Below, piece by piece: positions 1 to 10,818 of a stretch of DNA of 64,000 nt. Source of the stretch: Octopus sinensis. Taxonomy: Eukaryota. A program made the position numbers and the translations under genes. The stretch lies in contig NC_042997.1 of NCBI RefSeq assembly GCF_006345805.1, positions 210,986,001-211,050,000 on the forward strand. The letters are read 5' to 3'. The first letter of the stretch is position 1, and the number at the start of each line of letters is the position of its first letter. Below the pieces are notes generated by a model. The model saw only the letters and a program-made list of their open reading frames with translations, did not search any database and was not told where the DNA came from.

Positions 1-22
1 TATTGTATATATTTCGACATAT

Positions 23-438
23 GGATCTTTTCGGTTTGACTGGCAGTTTTTTCTAGCGGTGTCATATGAAATTGTCGCCCATAATTATGACCCTAGTATC
101 GATCTATTGCATTTCAATCTGTTTTAGGGTTAGGGTTAGGGGTGGGGGGAAGGGTATCTTTTTTTCTTCACAAATGTAAATAAACCCAATCTGTTTCTTA
201 AACGAGGGACATATTCATACGGCACAGAATGTTTTCACCTCAATAGACGTCATTGATTGGTTGAAATTGTAGAAATTGAAGAAAAAAACAACAAATATCT
301 TACAAACTATAGAATTTTCTCAATAAAGTCAAGAGAAAAAGATGTTTTATAAACACATTCTACCAGTATAGGAAGTTTAAAAGTGTTTAGTTACGTGGAA
401 ATTATTTTAAAAAACTGCCGGTCAAACCGAAAAGATCC
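23..438. mobile_element. Non-autonomous DNA transposon (MITE), Merlin-like or hAT-like
   Basis: 30-bp TIRs GGATCTTTTCGGTTTGACTGGCAGTTTTTT (23-52) and AAAAAACTGCCGGTCAAACCGAAAAGATCC (409-438), 1 mismatch. Perfect 8-bp TSD CGACATAT at 15-22 and 439-446. GG termini with an 8-bp TSD fit Merlin. Confidence 0.85.
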
Positions 439-557
439 CGACATATTTCTTAAGAAAAACCTTCGACTGTTTTATGCAAATATTATTTTCTTGTTTAAAA
501 TTCTACTTTTATTTCATTTCATTTTATTGTATTTTATAAATCCATTTTAATCGTTTA

Positions 558-997
558 ATTGAAACTCCGACGTCTGGCAGCTGACTTGGCAGACACCTAT
601 AAAATTATCAACCATCTCACAAACAATAACTTTGAGCACCTTTTCAAACTCCACCCATCTAACACCCATGGACATATTTACAAAGTCAGAAAACAGCACA
701 GCGCCCATGACTTCAGGAAACATTTTTTCACGCTGAGAGTTGCTGAAGCATGGAACAAACTGCCAGCATCAGTTGTTAGTTGTCGGAGCACTGCATCCTT
801 CAAAACTTCCATGCTTCCTGAGATTCGCCAACACTACACCTGATTTTCTCCCCTCCATACACACACGGGCATGTACCTGACTCATGCATTGTTCGCTTTC
901 CAGACATTTCTACATTACTGCATGTACTTTATATGCACTTTTTGACAAGTTGTGGTGCACCTGAGCACTGTATACAATAATTTCATTATTATTATTA
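558..997 (+). mobile_element. CR1/L2-group LINE 3' end, 5'-truncated (subfamily a)
   Basis: LKLRRLAADL..YKII...HGH.YK.RKQ...DFRKHFFTLRVAEAWNKLP.SVV is the typical C-terminus of CR1/L2 ORF2. It is followed by a 3' UTR and (ATT)n tail. Near-identical to 59133-59697. Confidence 0.85.
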
Positions 998-1650
998 ATT
1001 TATAGATAATTCGATATAGGGTGTTCTATTTGCATGCTTTTTATCCGAATTTTATTATTATGCACTCAGCAATTTTTTAAAAATAATGTTGTTTGTATAT
1101 ATATACGTCAGGTCCTAGACATGTTTTTATGTGGATGTTTCTATTGTTGGTATGCATATGTATTCGTATGTAAGCGTCTATGTTTAAGTGTAAGTAAGCG
1201 TGTATGATTATACTTGTGCACATACATACATGGGTGTATATCTATGCATGTATTCACATGGATTTGTGTAGATGTGTATTTACGTGCTTATTTCCATATG
1301 TTTATATATGTGTTCTTATATGTGTATTTATCGCTAATAATATACACTTTTGTATACACATGTATACGTAATTTTATTTTGTGTACGTTCGTTACACATA
1401 TTCAGCTACCGATCTTTCTTTCTTTTTTCTTTCTTTCTTTCTTCTCTCTTTCTTTCTTTTTTCTTTCTTTCTTTCTTTTCCTTACGGAAAGTATTTCTTG
1501 CACCCCCCCCTTATTCGTTACTTGTATAGAGTCCTTTAACTTTGCGCGCCTCTCTCCCCCCCTTCTCTCACTAACTGTTACATATAACATCCTTCTTTTT
1601 CTTTCTCTTTCCCCCTCCTTGCGTTAGCATGATTGCGTGTATATATAAGA

Positions 1651-1926
1651 CTAGCAGTATCGCCCGGCGTTGCTCGGGTTTGTAAGGGAAATAACTATAT
1701 AAGCATTTTTAGAGAGTTATAGCCAAAAAATAGCAAAAAAATGCATTAAAAATGAAAAAAAAATGATGTTAAATTATTTTTAAAATCGTAGACTCATCGT
1801 AGACGCGCGCTAATACCCAGAAGGGCTCGATATGAATCACGACTATAAGATACCGCAAAATGTGGGAGTAGTTAGGAATCTAAATCGTAGGAGACAGACA
1901 CACAACCTCACTTTTATATATAAAGA
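1651..1926 (-). mobile_element. Non-autonomous Helitron
   Basis: On the minus strand it begins A|TCTTTATATAT and ends with hairpin CCCGAGCAACGCCGGG then CTAG|T, i.e. 5'-TC, subterminal hairpin, CTAG-3' in an AT target. Confidence 0.8.
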
Positions 1927-2156
1927 TTAATCAGCCGAAGTTGCGAGGATGATCCGGTTCTTGACTGAAGATCGAAGGCTTCGAATGTCCCGTCCGTGAT
2001 TTTTGTGTCGTCTCTTTGAGTGTTTTGCGTTCTTGTCCCAGTTTGTATTTTTTTACACACACACACACACACATACACACATCGCCATGTTGATTCGTTA
2101 GCTACTGCACGCATTTTTTTTCTCTCCTTCTTTCTGTGTTTTTCTCTCTCTGTGTA

Positions 2157-2194
2157 TCTTTCTGTTGAAGAGCGTAGGCTCGAAACGTTAAAGA
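2157..2194 (+). ncRNA. Degenerate type I hammerhead-like motif at the end of a Penelope-like fragment
   Basis: TCTTT-CTGTTGA-A-GAGC(GTAG)GCTC-GAAACGT-T-AAAGA. Stem I 5 bp, stem II 4 bp, palindromic ACGT stem III. The core deviates from CTGANGA. Confidence 0.5.
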
Positions 2195-2418
2195 CTTGTT
2201 TTATTTATATTTCCTGAGCGCCATACTAATACAATTGTTCGTTTGTTTTCCACCTGCCTTCGTCTTTTGTTTATTTTCATAAAGCTTCCCGTTATATGTG
2301 TATTTGTGTGTATATCTACGTCTTACATATATATGTTTGCATATGTATGTAGTTTGTGTACATCCAACTGTGTATTTTGATGTATATATGTATATTCATG
2401 GTTTAGTATGCGTATATA

Positions 2419-2827
2419 CTCTTTTCTCTTTTACTCTTTTACTTGTTTCAGTCATTTGACTGCGGCCATGCTGGAGCACCGCCTTTAATCGAGCAGCTCG
2501 ACCCCGGGACTTATTCTTTTGTAAGCCCAGTACTTATTCTATCGGTCTCTTTTGCCGAACCGCTAAGTAACGGGGACATAAACACACCAGCATCGGTTGT
2601 CAAGCAATGCTAGGGGGACAAACACAGACACACAAACGTACATACATATATATATACATATATACGACGGGCTTCTTTTCAGTTTCCATCTACCAAATCC
2701 ACTCACAAGGCTTTGGTCGGCCCGAGGCTATAGTAGAAGACACTTGCCCAAGGTTCCGCGCAGTGGGACTGAACCCGGAACCATGTGGTGGTAAGCAAGC
2801 TACTTACCACACAGCCACTCCTGCGCC
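2419..2827 (-). mobile_element. tRNA-derived SINE family A (about 400 bp, internal (TA/TG) microsatellite), full length
   Basis: Head GGCGCAGGAGTGGCTGTGTGGTAAG with box A/box B-like motifs (GGTTCAGTCCCAC) and tail GAAACAAGTAAAAGAG. More than 13 copies in the window. Confidence 0.9.
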
Positions 2828-3001
2828 TGTTGTAAAATATTTATATAATGCAGCGTGAAAATTTTAATTTTAATTTTTAGTTGTATTAATTGTATTAATT
2901 GAATTATATTTCGTTTATAATTATTTGCAAACGTATTTTGAATCCGATCTTCGATTTAAGGTTTTCCCTCGATTTTTATAATAGGATGAATTTATATTGA
3001 A

Positions 3002-3398
3002 CTAGCAGTATCGCCCGGCGTTGCTTGGGTTTGTAAGGGAAATAACTATATAAGCATTTTTAGAGATGTAAAGTATAATAGCCATCTCAATATGGCTAAC
3101 CACAAAGGGAGGGGTGTTACTGTAGCTTTTTACGTTCTGAGATTTAATAATAAATTTTTAGAGAGTTACTTCCCTTATATATGCCAAAAATGCATTAAAA
3201 ATGGGAAAAATTGATGGTAAATTATTTTTAAAATCGTAGACTCATCGTAGACTCGCGCTAATACCCAGAAGGGCTCGATATGAATCACAACTATAAGATA
3301 CCCGGTTTTGGTTGAACTGCACCGCAAAATGTGGGAGTAGTTAGGAATCTAAATCGTAGGAGACAGACAGCACACAACCTCACTTTTATATATAAAGA
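3002..3398 (-). mobile_element. Non-autonomous Helitron, second copy with about 120 bp extra internal sequence
   Basis: Same TC...hairpin...CTAG termini and AT target as 1651-1926. Confidence 0.8.
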
Positions 3399-3523
3399 TT
3401 AATTTATTTTGTTCATTGCATGCTTAAGCCCGTTACTTGAAAGGACCAATGAAACAAATCCATTTTTAAAGGTGTATCCTTTGACTAGTTTTGATCATAT
3501 CGTTGTTTCTGTTCTATTTTAAC

Positions 3524-3569
3524 AAACCTGTCCGACGAACGGAAACGTGAAACCCTGAGTAACAGGTTT
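3524..3569 (+). ncRNA. Type I hammerhead ribozyme-like motif (U4C core variant)
   Basis: AAACCTGT-CCGACGA-ACG(GAAA)CGT-GAAACCCTGAGT-A-ACAGGTTT. Perfect 8-bp stem I, GNRA-capped stem II, GUA cleavage triplet. Stem III has one mismatch. Confidence 0.7.
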
Positions 3570-3762
3570 TGTTATATTCCTGCTGCTTTTAAATAAAGCA
3601 TATTGTTCTACCACTGGTATTTGAGTACTCTTTTTTACCACCTTGTTTCACATTTATGTGCTTATTCCGGCATATATATATATATATATATATACCGGAG
3701 TAAACACATAAATGTGAAACAAGGTGGAAAAAAGAGTACTCAAATACCAGTGGTAGATCTAG

Positions 3763-3811
3763 CAAAAACTGTCCGATGAACGGCAACGGAAACTCAGAGT
3801 AACAGGTTTTG
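3763..3811 (+). ncRNA. Type I hammerhead ribozyme-like motif (U4C core variant), second copy
   Basis: CAAAAACTGT-CCGATGA-A-CG(GCAA)CG-GAAACTCAGAGT-A-ACAGGTTTTG, with palindromic stem III ACTC-A-GAGT. Confidence 0.7.
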
Positions 3812-3854
3812 TTGAATTTTCTGCTGCTTTAAATAAAGTATATATACATATATA

Positions 3855-3887
<33 letters not shown>

Positions 3888-3964
3888 ATAAAACGGTAAG
3901 ATAAAAAAAGAAAGAAAGAGACCTCAATATTATGTAACTAGAGGAAATTTATCTATACAATAAT

Positions 3965-4136
3965 ATGTTACATTACTCGGTAGTCAAGATAAAACTCTGA
4001 GTTTCAGATGCCGAAGTGGAAATCCACAACACCATCTCATCGGTTATAGCCAGATAACCGATGAGATGGTGTTGTGGATTTCCACTTCGGCATCTGAAAC
4101 TCAGAGTTTTATCTTGACTACCGAGTAATGTAACAT
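3965..4136. repeat. Perfect inverted repeat (83-bp arms, 6-nt spacer) abutting (TA)n, containing a hammerhead-like motif (4052-4114, +)
   Basis: Arms 3965-4047 and 4054-4136 are exact reverse complements with spacer AGCCAG. Motif: AGATAA-CCGATGA-GATG...CATC-T-GAAACTCAGAGT-T-TTATCT. Confidence 0.9.
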
Positions 4137-4137
4137 T

Positions 4138-4187
<50 letters not shown>

Positions 4188-4696
4188 CAGAGAGGGAGAG
4201 AGAGTTATGTACTAGGGAGAGTGCCATCGAATTACATAGAAGTACTCTTGTACTCTATGGGATTAGTGGTAGAAGAGAAGTCCGACAGTTACTCTCTATT
4301 TTACGGCACTTCTTGTTCATATATGAAGTTCTAACAGACAGGAGGTCTGAGTATTCTAGGATGGCGAGAGAGAGAGAGAGAAGTAGTTATTATACCATTG
4401 CCCCACCGAATATATCACTGGTATTTATTTATTCCTGTCCATAGAGATAAAAGTGTTAACTGTGGTGGAATTTGAACTCTGATCGTTAAGTATTTTGTTC
4501 ACCTCTCAACCGTTTCCAAATAAAATACTGACTGTTGGCATCGGCGTTGTCGTTGTTTAGCCCTGAGTCAACCTTGATCTTTAAAAACCACCAATGATCA
4601 AAGAGATTCCAACTGTGACCATCCTAGTTTTATATCAGCCATTGTGTATTCAATACAGATGTTCCTTTTTAAAGATAATTGTATGTGATTTGAGAG

Positions 4697-5046
4697 GGAT
4701 GTGTCTGCTGTTGAGCGAAGTGGCCTTCGTCCCAGAGCTCGCAAGATCGTGCTTCCTGTAGAAGAGAAAGCAGGTCAACCCCCCGACACCGAGAGCATCG
4801 ACGGATGGATGAATGCGCATCCAGGCTCAGCGGTTGCGTAGGAAGTCGGGGACAAGAAACAGGAAGAAAGAGTGAGAGAAAGTTGGAGCGAAAGAGTACA
4901 ACAGGGGGTCGCTCCCCCCTACCGGAGCCTCGTGGAGCTTTAGGTATTTTCAATCAATAAACACACACAACGCCCAGTCTGGGAATCGAAACCGCGATCC
5001 TCCGACCGCGAGTCCGCTGCCCTAACCATTGGGCCATTGCGCCTCC
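4697..5046 (-). mobile_element. tRNA-derived SINE family B
   Basis: Head GGAGGCGCAATGGCCCAATGGTTAGGGCAGCGGACTCGCGG...GGTTTCGATTCCCAG. Related copies at 5983-6374, 28958-29345 and 56600-56900. Confidence 0.85.
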
Positions 5047-5982
5047 ACTGTGGCTGCTGCTTCTAGCCGGTCGAGCGATCAAGTATTGGCTGTCTGTGTT
5101 AGAGACCCTACACACAAGCTGAAATTATGAAGTGGGGGTGTAGGAGAGTTCGAATCGAAACCAGGGCATAACTGATACTTGTTTTATCGATCTCTGAAAT
5201 GTGAAAGGTGGCGTGGAACCAGGTGGAATTTGAAACCAAAACATGAAGAACCCCGACTTAATATCACAAAACATTTAGTCCGTTACTCTACCGATTCTAC
5301 CCCCTACAACCAACCGCAACGCTTACATTAATGTTAATCTAATCTTCTCGCATTTTCTTTTGATCATGTTCAACCGGAACCAAACCAAAGTCTCGTCTTA
5401 CTGACAACGTTAAACTTCCTTCTCTGTGTAAACCCGTTTCTAATACATTATTGGATTTTCAAAACAATAGCATTTCTATGAAGACTTTGTCTAAGTTCGG
5501 CGATAAGAAATTAACGAGAGAGATAAAAGAGTTGCTGGTTATTACGGATGAACCCGAGTCAGGGAAGAGGTCAGGGCAATTGCAGGAATAATTGCTGACT
5601 TCGCATTTTTAATAGAATTAATCACCGACCAAATTCCATCTCAGCGCAGAAGATAATGGTAAGAACGAATCTCGACAGACCAATGGGAAGAATTCTAGAG
5701 AATGGTATCGAAGGTCTCTCTAATTATACTGATTGCTTGGCACAGAGCCCGAATGTAATGGAGTTTGGTGAACCCGGGTATTTGACTGGTATCCAGAACA
5801 ATGAGGAACACACAACCATGTGCTTTAGATGAAAAAACAAAGCGTGACTGTGTGGTAAGAAGCTAGCTTCCCAACCTCAGGGTTCTGGGTTCAGTTTCAC
5901 TGCGTGGCACCTTAGGCAAGCGTCTTCTACTATAGCCCCGGGCCAACTAAAGCCTTGCGAGTGATTGGTAGACGGAAACTGA

Positions 5983-6374
5983 GTGGGAGTAGTGGAAGCA
6001 CTCCGTCGGTTATGACGATGAGGGTTCCGGTTGATCCGGTCAACGGAACAGCCTGCTCGTGAAATTAACGTGTAAGTGGCTGAGCACTCCACAGACACGT
6101 GCACCCTTAACGTAGTTCTCGGGGATATTCAGCGTGACACAGAGAGTGACAAGGCCGGCCCCTTGAAATACAGGTTCAACAGAAACAGGAAGTAAGAGCG
6201 AGAGAAAGTTGTGGTGAAAGAGTACAGCAGGGATCACCACCATCCCCTGCCGGAGCCTCGTGGAGCCTTATGTGTTTTCGCTCAAATAACACTCACAACG
6301 CCCGGTCTGGGAATCGAAACAGCGATCCTACGACCACGAGTCCGCTGCCCTAACCACTGAGCCATTGCACCTCC
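5983..6374 (-). mobile_element. SINE family B inserted into a family A SINE
   Basis: 13-bp TSD AGACGGAAACTGA at 5970-5982 and 6375-6387. The host family A copy spans about 5845-6478 (+). Confidence 0.9.
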
Positions 6375-6478
6375 AGACGGAAACTGAAAGAAGCAGTCGT
6401 ATATATTTGTGTGTGTGTGCGTGCGCGCGCGCGTGCATTTGTGTATTTGTGTATGTGTTTTCCTCCCACCACCGCTTG

Positions 6479-8460
6479 GCGGAAAGGATCGTCCATTTTC
6501 ATCAATAACCTGCCCTAGATATTTTATTCTTAGTATAAGAAATTCACGTTTTTCCTTGCTTAAACCCTTAAATTTTTATTCTTTCGAAGACCTTTTTAAC
6601 ATGCTCAGCATGCTGGCCCCGAGATTCACTTTTTTATGAGTCTGTCGTCAAGGTAAGCTACAACGAAATCCGAACCTTCGAGCATAATGTTGGAAAATGC
6701 CCGGTGCTACCGTTATACCGTTATGGGTATTTATCGTCAATAATTTTGAACATTCCTCATCGACTTTTTACCAGCAAATATGCTTCAGATAGGTCCAACT
6801 TTGAAAAACATTTTTCCTCCATTCAACTTCACGAAAATTTCCTCCGGACTTGGCAACGGCATCAAATGTTCGTTTAATCCCGTTGAAAAAATCAGCGCAT
6901 ACTCGGATTCTATCATTTTAATTTTTCGTGACATAAACTGTTGCGGACGCCTATTTTGTGCAATCAATTTTTTTCAATAATGCCAAGCTTTGTTTCAACG
7001 CTGCGAAAGGAAACGTCCGTTTTGGTTTAAAAACCGGTAAAGCGTTTTCTTTCACTTGAAACTTCGCCTCTGCTTTGGTGCAAAGACCCAATTCCTCAGA
7101 AAAAACTTCAGGAAAAAGTTTTTTATATTCTTTTTTTAATTCCTCCGGCGCCTTATTTGTACTGGCGGAAGAACCATTCACATTTTTACAAAAAATATTT
7201 ATGTGGGGGTCCCATAAGTTAAATAGTTCCATCCAGTCTGTTCCAAATAAATTTGTATCTTTCAACACAAAAGCTTCCCACGAAATGTAACCTCACTTAT
7301 CATTTCACCATATAAAATGCAATTGTTTTCCTGAAACACCTCGCGCAATTCTCAAAGTTTCCTTTAATCTAAGTTTCCCTATTTTCTCCATGTATCTCTA
7401 TTAAATATCTGATATCACTGCCTGTATCCAATTGTAACTTGATATCACTTTATTCATTTTTATGGACACAATTCTTTCTTTTCTGAGCCTCGCTTACAAT
7501 TTTTGTTAACAATACATTCTTTCTAGAATTTTTTTCTTTTTTGTTTGACCCTCTTTTTTATTTCGCTATACAATGTGAGATTTTATGTCCGATTTTAAAA
7601 GGACAATTACTTCTCAACCCTCCGCGCCCATAGCATGGATTTCGTCTTGACGTTCGCTTTCCCCTTCTCTTATCCATTTCTGAGAGCAATCTTTTTCTTC
7701 AATTTTATCCGCGTCATGTCCTAAATTTGTAATCCTCTGGCATTCTTCAACCACTGCCTGTAGAGTTAATTTTTGGTCCTGCTCTAATTTTGTTAATATA
7801 CGGGATTGTATATCAGCATCTTTTCTTACAGTTAACCCTTGAACAAAAATTAGACATTTGAATAAATCCGGAGTTTATTCATTTAATTTGAATTTTTCAC
7901 ACTCTTTGTTAACGACCCCAAAATATGTGACGAAATCTTCATCATCTTTTTTAACTAAATTTAAACACTGCCAACGAGTATTGAACAGGGAACTTCTTTC
8001 ACTGAACATTCTAGATAACAATTTGTGTCATCGAAACAAATCTCACCTGATTTCTTCAGAAGAATATAATTACAGTATTTTTCGTGTTCGACAGGGGATA
8101 ACTTTCTTAAAACTAGTCGCACCTTCTTCTCGTCATTCCAATGTTTACCTTCTTCTTTGAAGATTTCTTTGTATCTTCTGAAACCTGCAGAAAAAGTAGT
8201 TCCTTTCTTCTGGGTTCATAAATAAATTCTCCAATTGAGTTTGCTCCAATTGACGAGAACGAACCTGAAGTATATTCAGACTTCTTCAACATTACTTCCA
8301 ATAACTGGTGGTATTGTTGTTGTTGCTGCAGTTGTTATTGTTGTAACTTCTCCACGCAAGCCAATAAGTCTTCCATGTTAATGATTTTTTCTTTGATTTA
8401 GTACCAAAAAAAAAAAAAAAAATTCAACGTCCGACGCAAGCTTCGAATATCTCGTCGCCA
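6479..8460 (-). mobile_element. Decayed Ty3/gypsy (Mag/K02A2.6-like) LTR retrotransposon internal region: gag, protease, N-half of RT
   Basis: Gag RLVLRKLSPVEHEKY...CEKFKLNE...FKCLIFVQGL...RILTKLEQD. Degenerate zinc knuckle NPCYGRGGLRSNCPFK (about 7590-7650). Aspartic protease LQLDTGSDI (DTG at 7420-7428). RT PEVFSEELGLCTKAEAKF.VK...PVFKPKR and PLPSPEEIF.KLNGG. Many stops and frameshifts; PBS-like TGGCGACGAG at 8451-8460. Confidence 0.9.
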
Positions 8461-8472
8461 TTTTAACATCCT

Positions 8473-8841
8473 TGTTGTTACCCGACGACACTTGGTTAGT
8501 ATTGTTCGTTGCACACAGCATTCGTTTTCGTTTTACTAAGCACTCTTGATTTTCGCTCGAACGAACTTCAGTGCGATTTTTTAACCCCAAGAAGACATCT
8601 CCTCTTGCTGGTTAACACTGCGCAGCTGCATCCGATATACTGTGAGCAGTAGAATCGAACGCTACCACATTCTGGCGATGGGACCAACACTCAGTAATTC
8701 GAACAAACTGCCACTACAACAACTTACTCAGTTAGCACTAACACACCGACTCCTACCGACCTCTTGTCGCTTCTCTTTATAAGAGTTCGGCTAGTCCATT
8801 CTTCCAATCCTCCAGGGGTGTCAGTGACTCTCGCCACAACA
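8473..8841 (-). mobile_element. Probable 5' LTR of the gypsy element
   Basis: Bounded by inverted termini TGTTGT...ACAACA, contains a TATA-like CTTATAAAGAG on the minus strand and lies just upstream of the PBS and gag. A related LTR end occurs at about 54095-54158. Confidence 0.65.
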
Positions 8842-8986
8842 AACCGTCAATTTATGCGTGACCAAAAGACAAGGACCCGGATGTTACTGAAAGCTGAACT
8901 CATTTTCCCCGGCAGAAAGACCATTATTCTGCTCAGACAGAGCTGACCTGGGGCTATACAACAACAAACAACACTCACAGAAGTAC

Positions 8987-8994
8987 TAATAATA

Positions 8995-9089
<95 letters not shown>

Positions 9090-9207
9090 AATGATGATAA
9101 TAATAATATTAATAATAATAAAAATAAAAATAATAATAATAATAATAATAATACTGATAATAATGATAATAATAATAATAATAATAATAATATAATAATA
9201 ATAACAA
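8987..9207. repeat. Compound (AAT)n/(GAT)n microsatellite
   Basis: Directly visible. Confidence 0.95.
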
Positions 9208-9385
9208 TAAACATTCAATTGAAGGTTGACTATTGAGAACAAATATCAGTGAACTCTAGAGAAGGTCGGCATTGATCGATAGAAAAGCCAATAGCTACTT
9301 CCTTCGTGCAAAATATCAATAAATTCATGGCTGCTGTTGAAAACAACCAACAATAACAAAAAAGGCAAAAGAGAAAGCCAGCTTA

Positions 9386-9441
<56 letters not shown>

Positions 9442-9697
9442 TACCGATCGCATTGTAGGCGATGTAAAACGCTACAGAAATCGATACGTCGTGCACATCT
9501 CGTTATTGATTTGTTATCGGAGTATGGTGAATGCACATTGGATGATGTTTAGAAGGTTTTTAAGACATTATACTTCGTCTAACAAAGATATTCTACACAA
9601 ATGTATCCGCTGAAGAATTTGGATTGAGAATAAAGCAATGAAGGTGGCCTTTAGCCGGATCATCAATCTACTAGAAATAGCAGCCATAAACACCCTC

Positions 9698-9699
<2 letters not shown>

Positions 9700-9783
<84 letters not shown>
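9700..9783. repeat. (CA)n microsatellite
   Basis: Directly visible. Confidence 0.95.
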
Positions 9784-10084
9784 TTTGTTGTCTTTTAAAG
9801 AATAGAAAGACGTGTTAAATAATGTAGTCGCACATATACTTGAAAATAAAAATATGGATGGTCATGTGCGGAACGCCAGACATTTTAGGTCTGCTTCTTT
9901 AGTGCTGAGTCGTTGGGTGAGGGTGGGGGAGTATACGAGGACATTTTTTAACCAAGTTCATTTGTGGCTGCTATTTTCTCTGTAGTAAAACGGGACACAC
10001 ACACACACGCACACACACACACGCATGCATATCTACCTAGCTATCGATCCATATTCATATCTGTACACACGCACATATAGTTGA

Positions 10085-10161
10085 TATATATATATATGCA
10101 TATGTATATTAATATATATTATATATATAATTAATATATATATATATAATATATATATATA

Positions 10162-10216
<55 letters not shown>

Positions 10217-10272
10217 TGTATATATATATATACATATATCATATATATATATATATCTATATATATCTATAT

Positions 10273-10337
<65 letters not shown>

Positions 10338-10592
10338 CATATATTATATACATATATACATATATATACATATATATATATATATTACATATATACATAT
10401 ATTATATATATACATGTATATCTATATATATACATGTATATCTATATATATATATACATATATACATATATATATATACATGTATATATATATATATAAT
10501 ACATGTATATCTATATATATACATATATACTATATTACATATATATATATATATGTATATCTATATATGTATATATTTATATATATATATAA
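10085..10592. repeat. Degenerate (TA)n/(TACA) low-complexity tract
   Basis: Directly visible. Source of the spurious YIYI ORFs. Confidence 0.95.
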
Positions 10593-10717
10593 ATATAACA
10601 ATTTAGGAATGGCCTAAACAGGCCATTCGTCCACCAGAAAGAGCAGCCAGAACTCCAACCGCCAAGTAGTGCAATTCGGAAATAAGGTGAAAATTTAAAA
10701 ACGTTTACCCTAATTCA

Positions 10718-10818
10718 TCTTTTATACGATGCATCGTTTCGGTGTCTTTAATGATAGACCAGCTTAATTAAATTAAATTAAGCTAGTCTACCATAGGTCA
10801 CACTTCATCAGTAAAAGA
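10718..10818 (-). ncRNA. Type I hammerhead ribozyme in a roughly 270-bp element between (TA)n tracts
   Basis: Minus strand TCTTTTA-CTGATGA-A-GTGT...ACAC-C-GAA-ACGATGCATCGT-A-TAAAAGA. Perfect 7-bp stem I, intact CUGAUGA/GAAA core, long stem II with an inner hairpin of about 18 bp, perfect 12-nt palindromic stem III, GUA cleavage site. Confidence 0.85.

Noticed and set aside
124-141. (TTAGGG)3 as a chromosome end
   Set aside because: Only three units, internal to a TIR/TSD-bounded element.
1965-1995. CTGAAGA followed by CTTCGAATGTC as a hammerhead
   Set aside because: No convincing stem I, and the GAAA/A15.1 is incomplete. At most a badly decayed remnant.
2597-2858. Recurrent ORFs MSSNARGTN.., MLGGQTQT.. 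and RASFSFRLPNPLTRLWSARG..
   Set aside because: Antisense or frame readings of SINE family A, repeated more than 10 times. Not genes.
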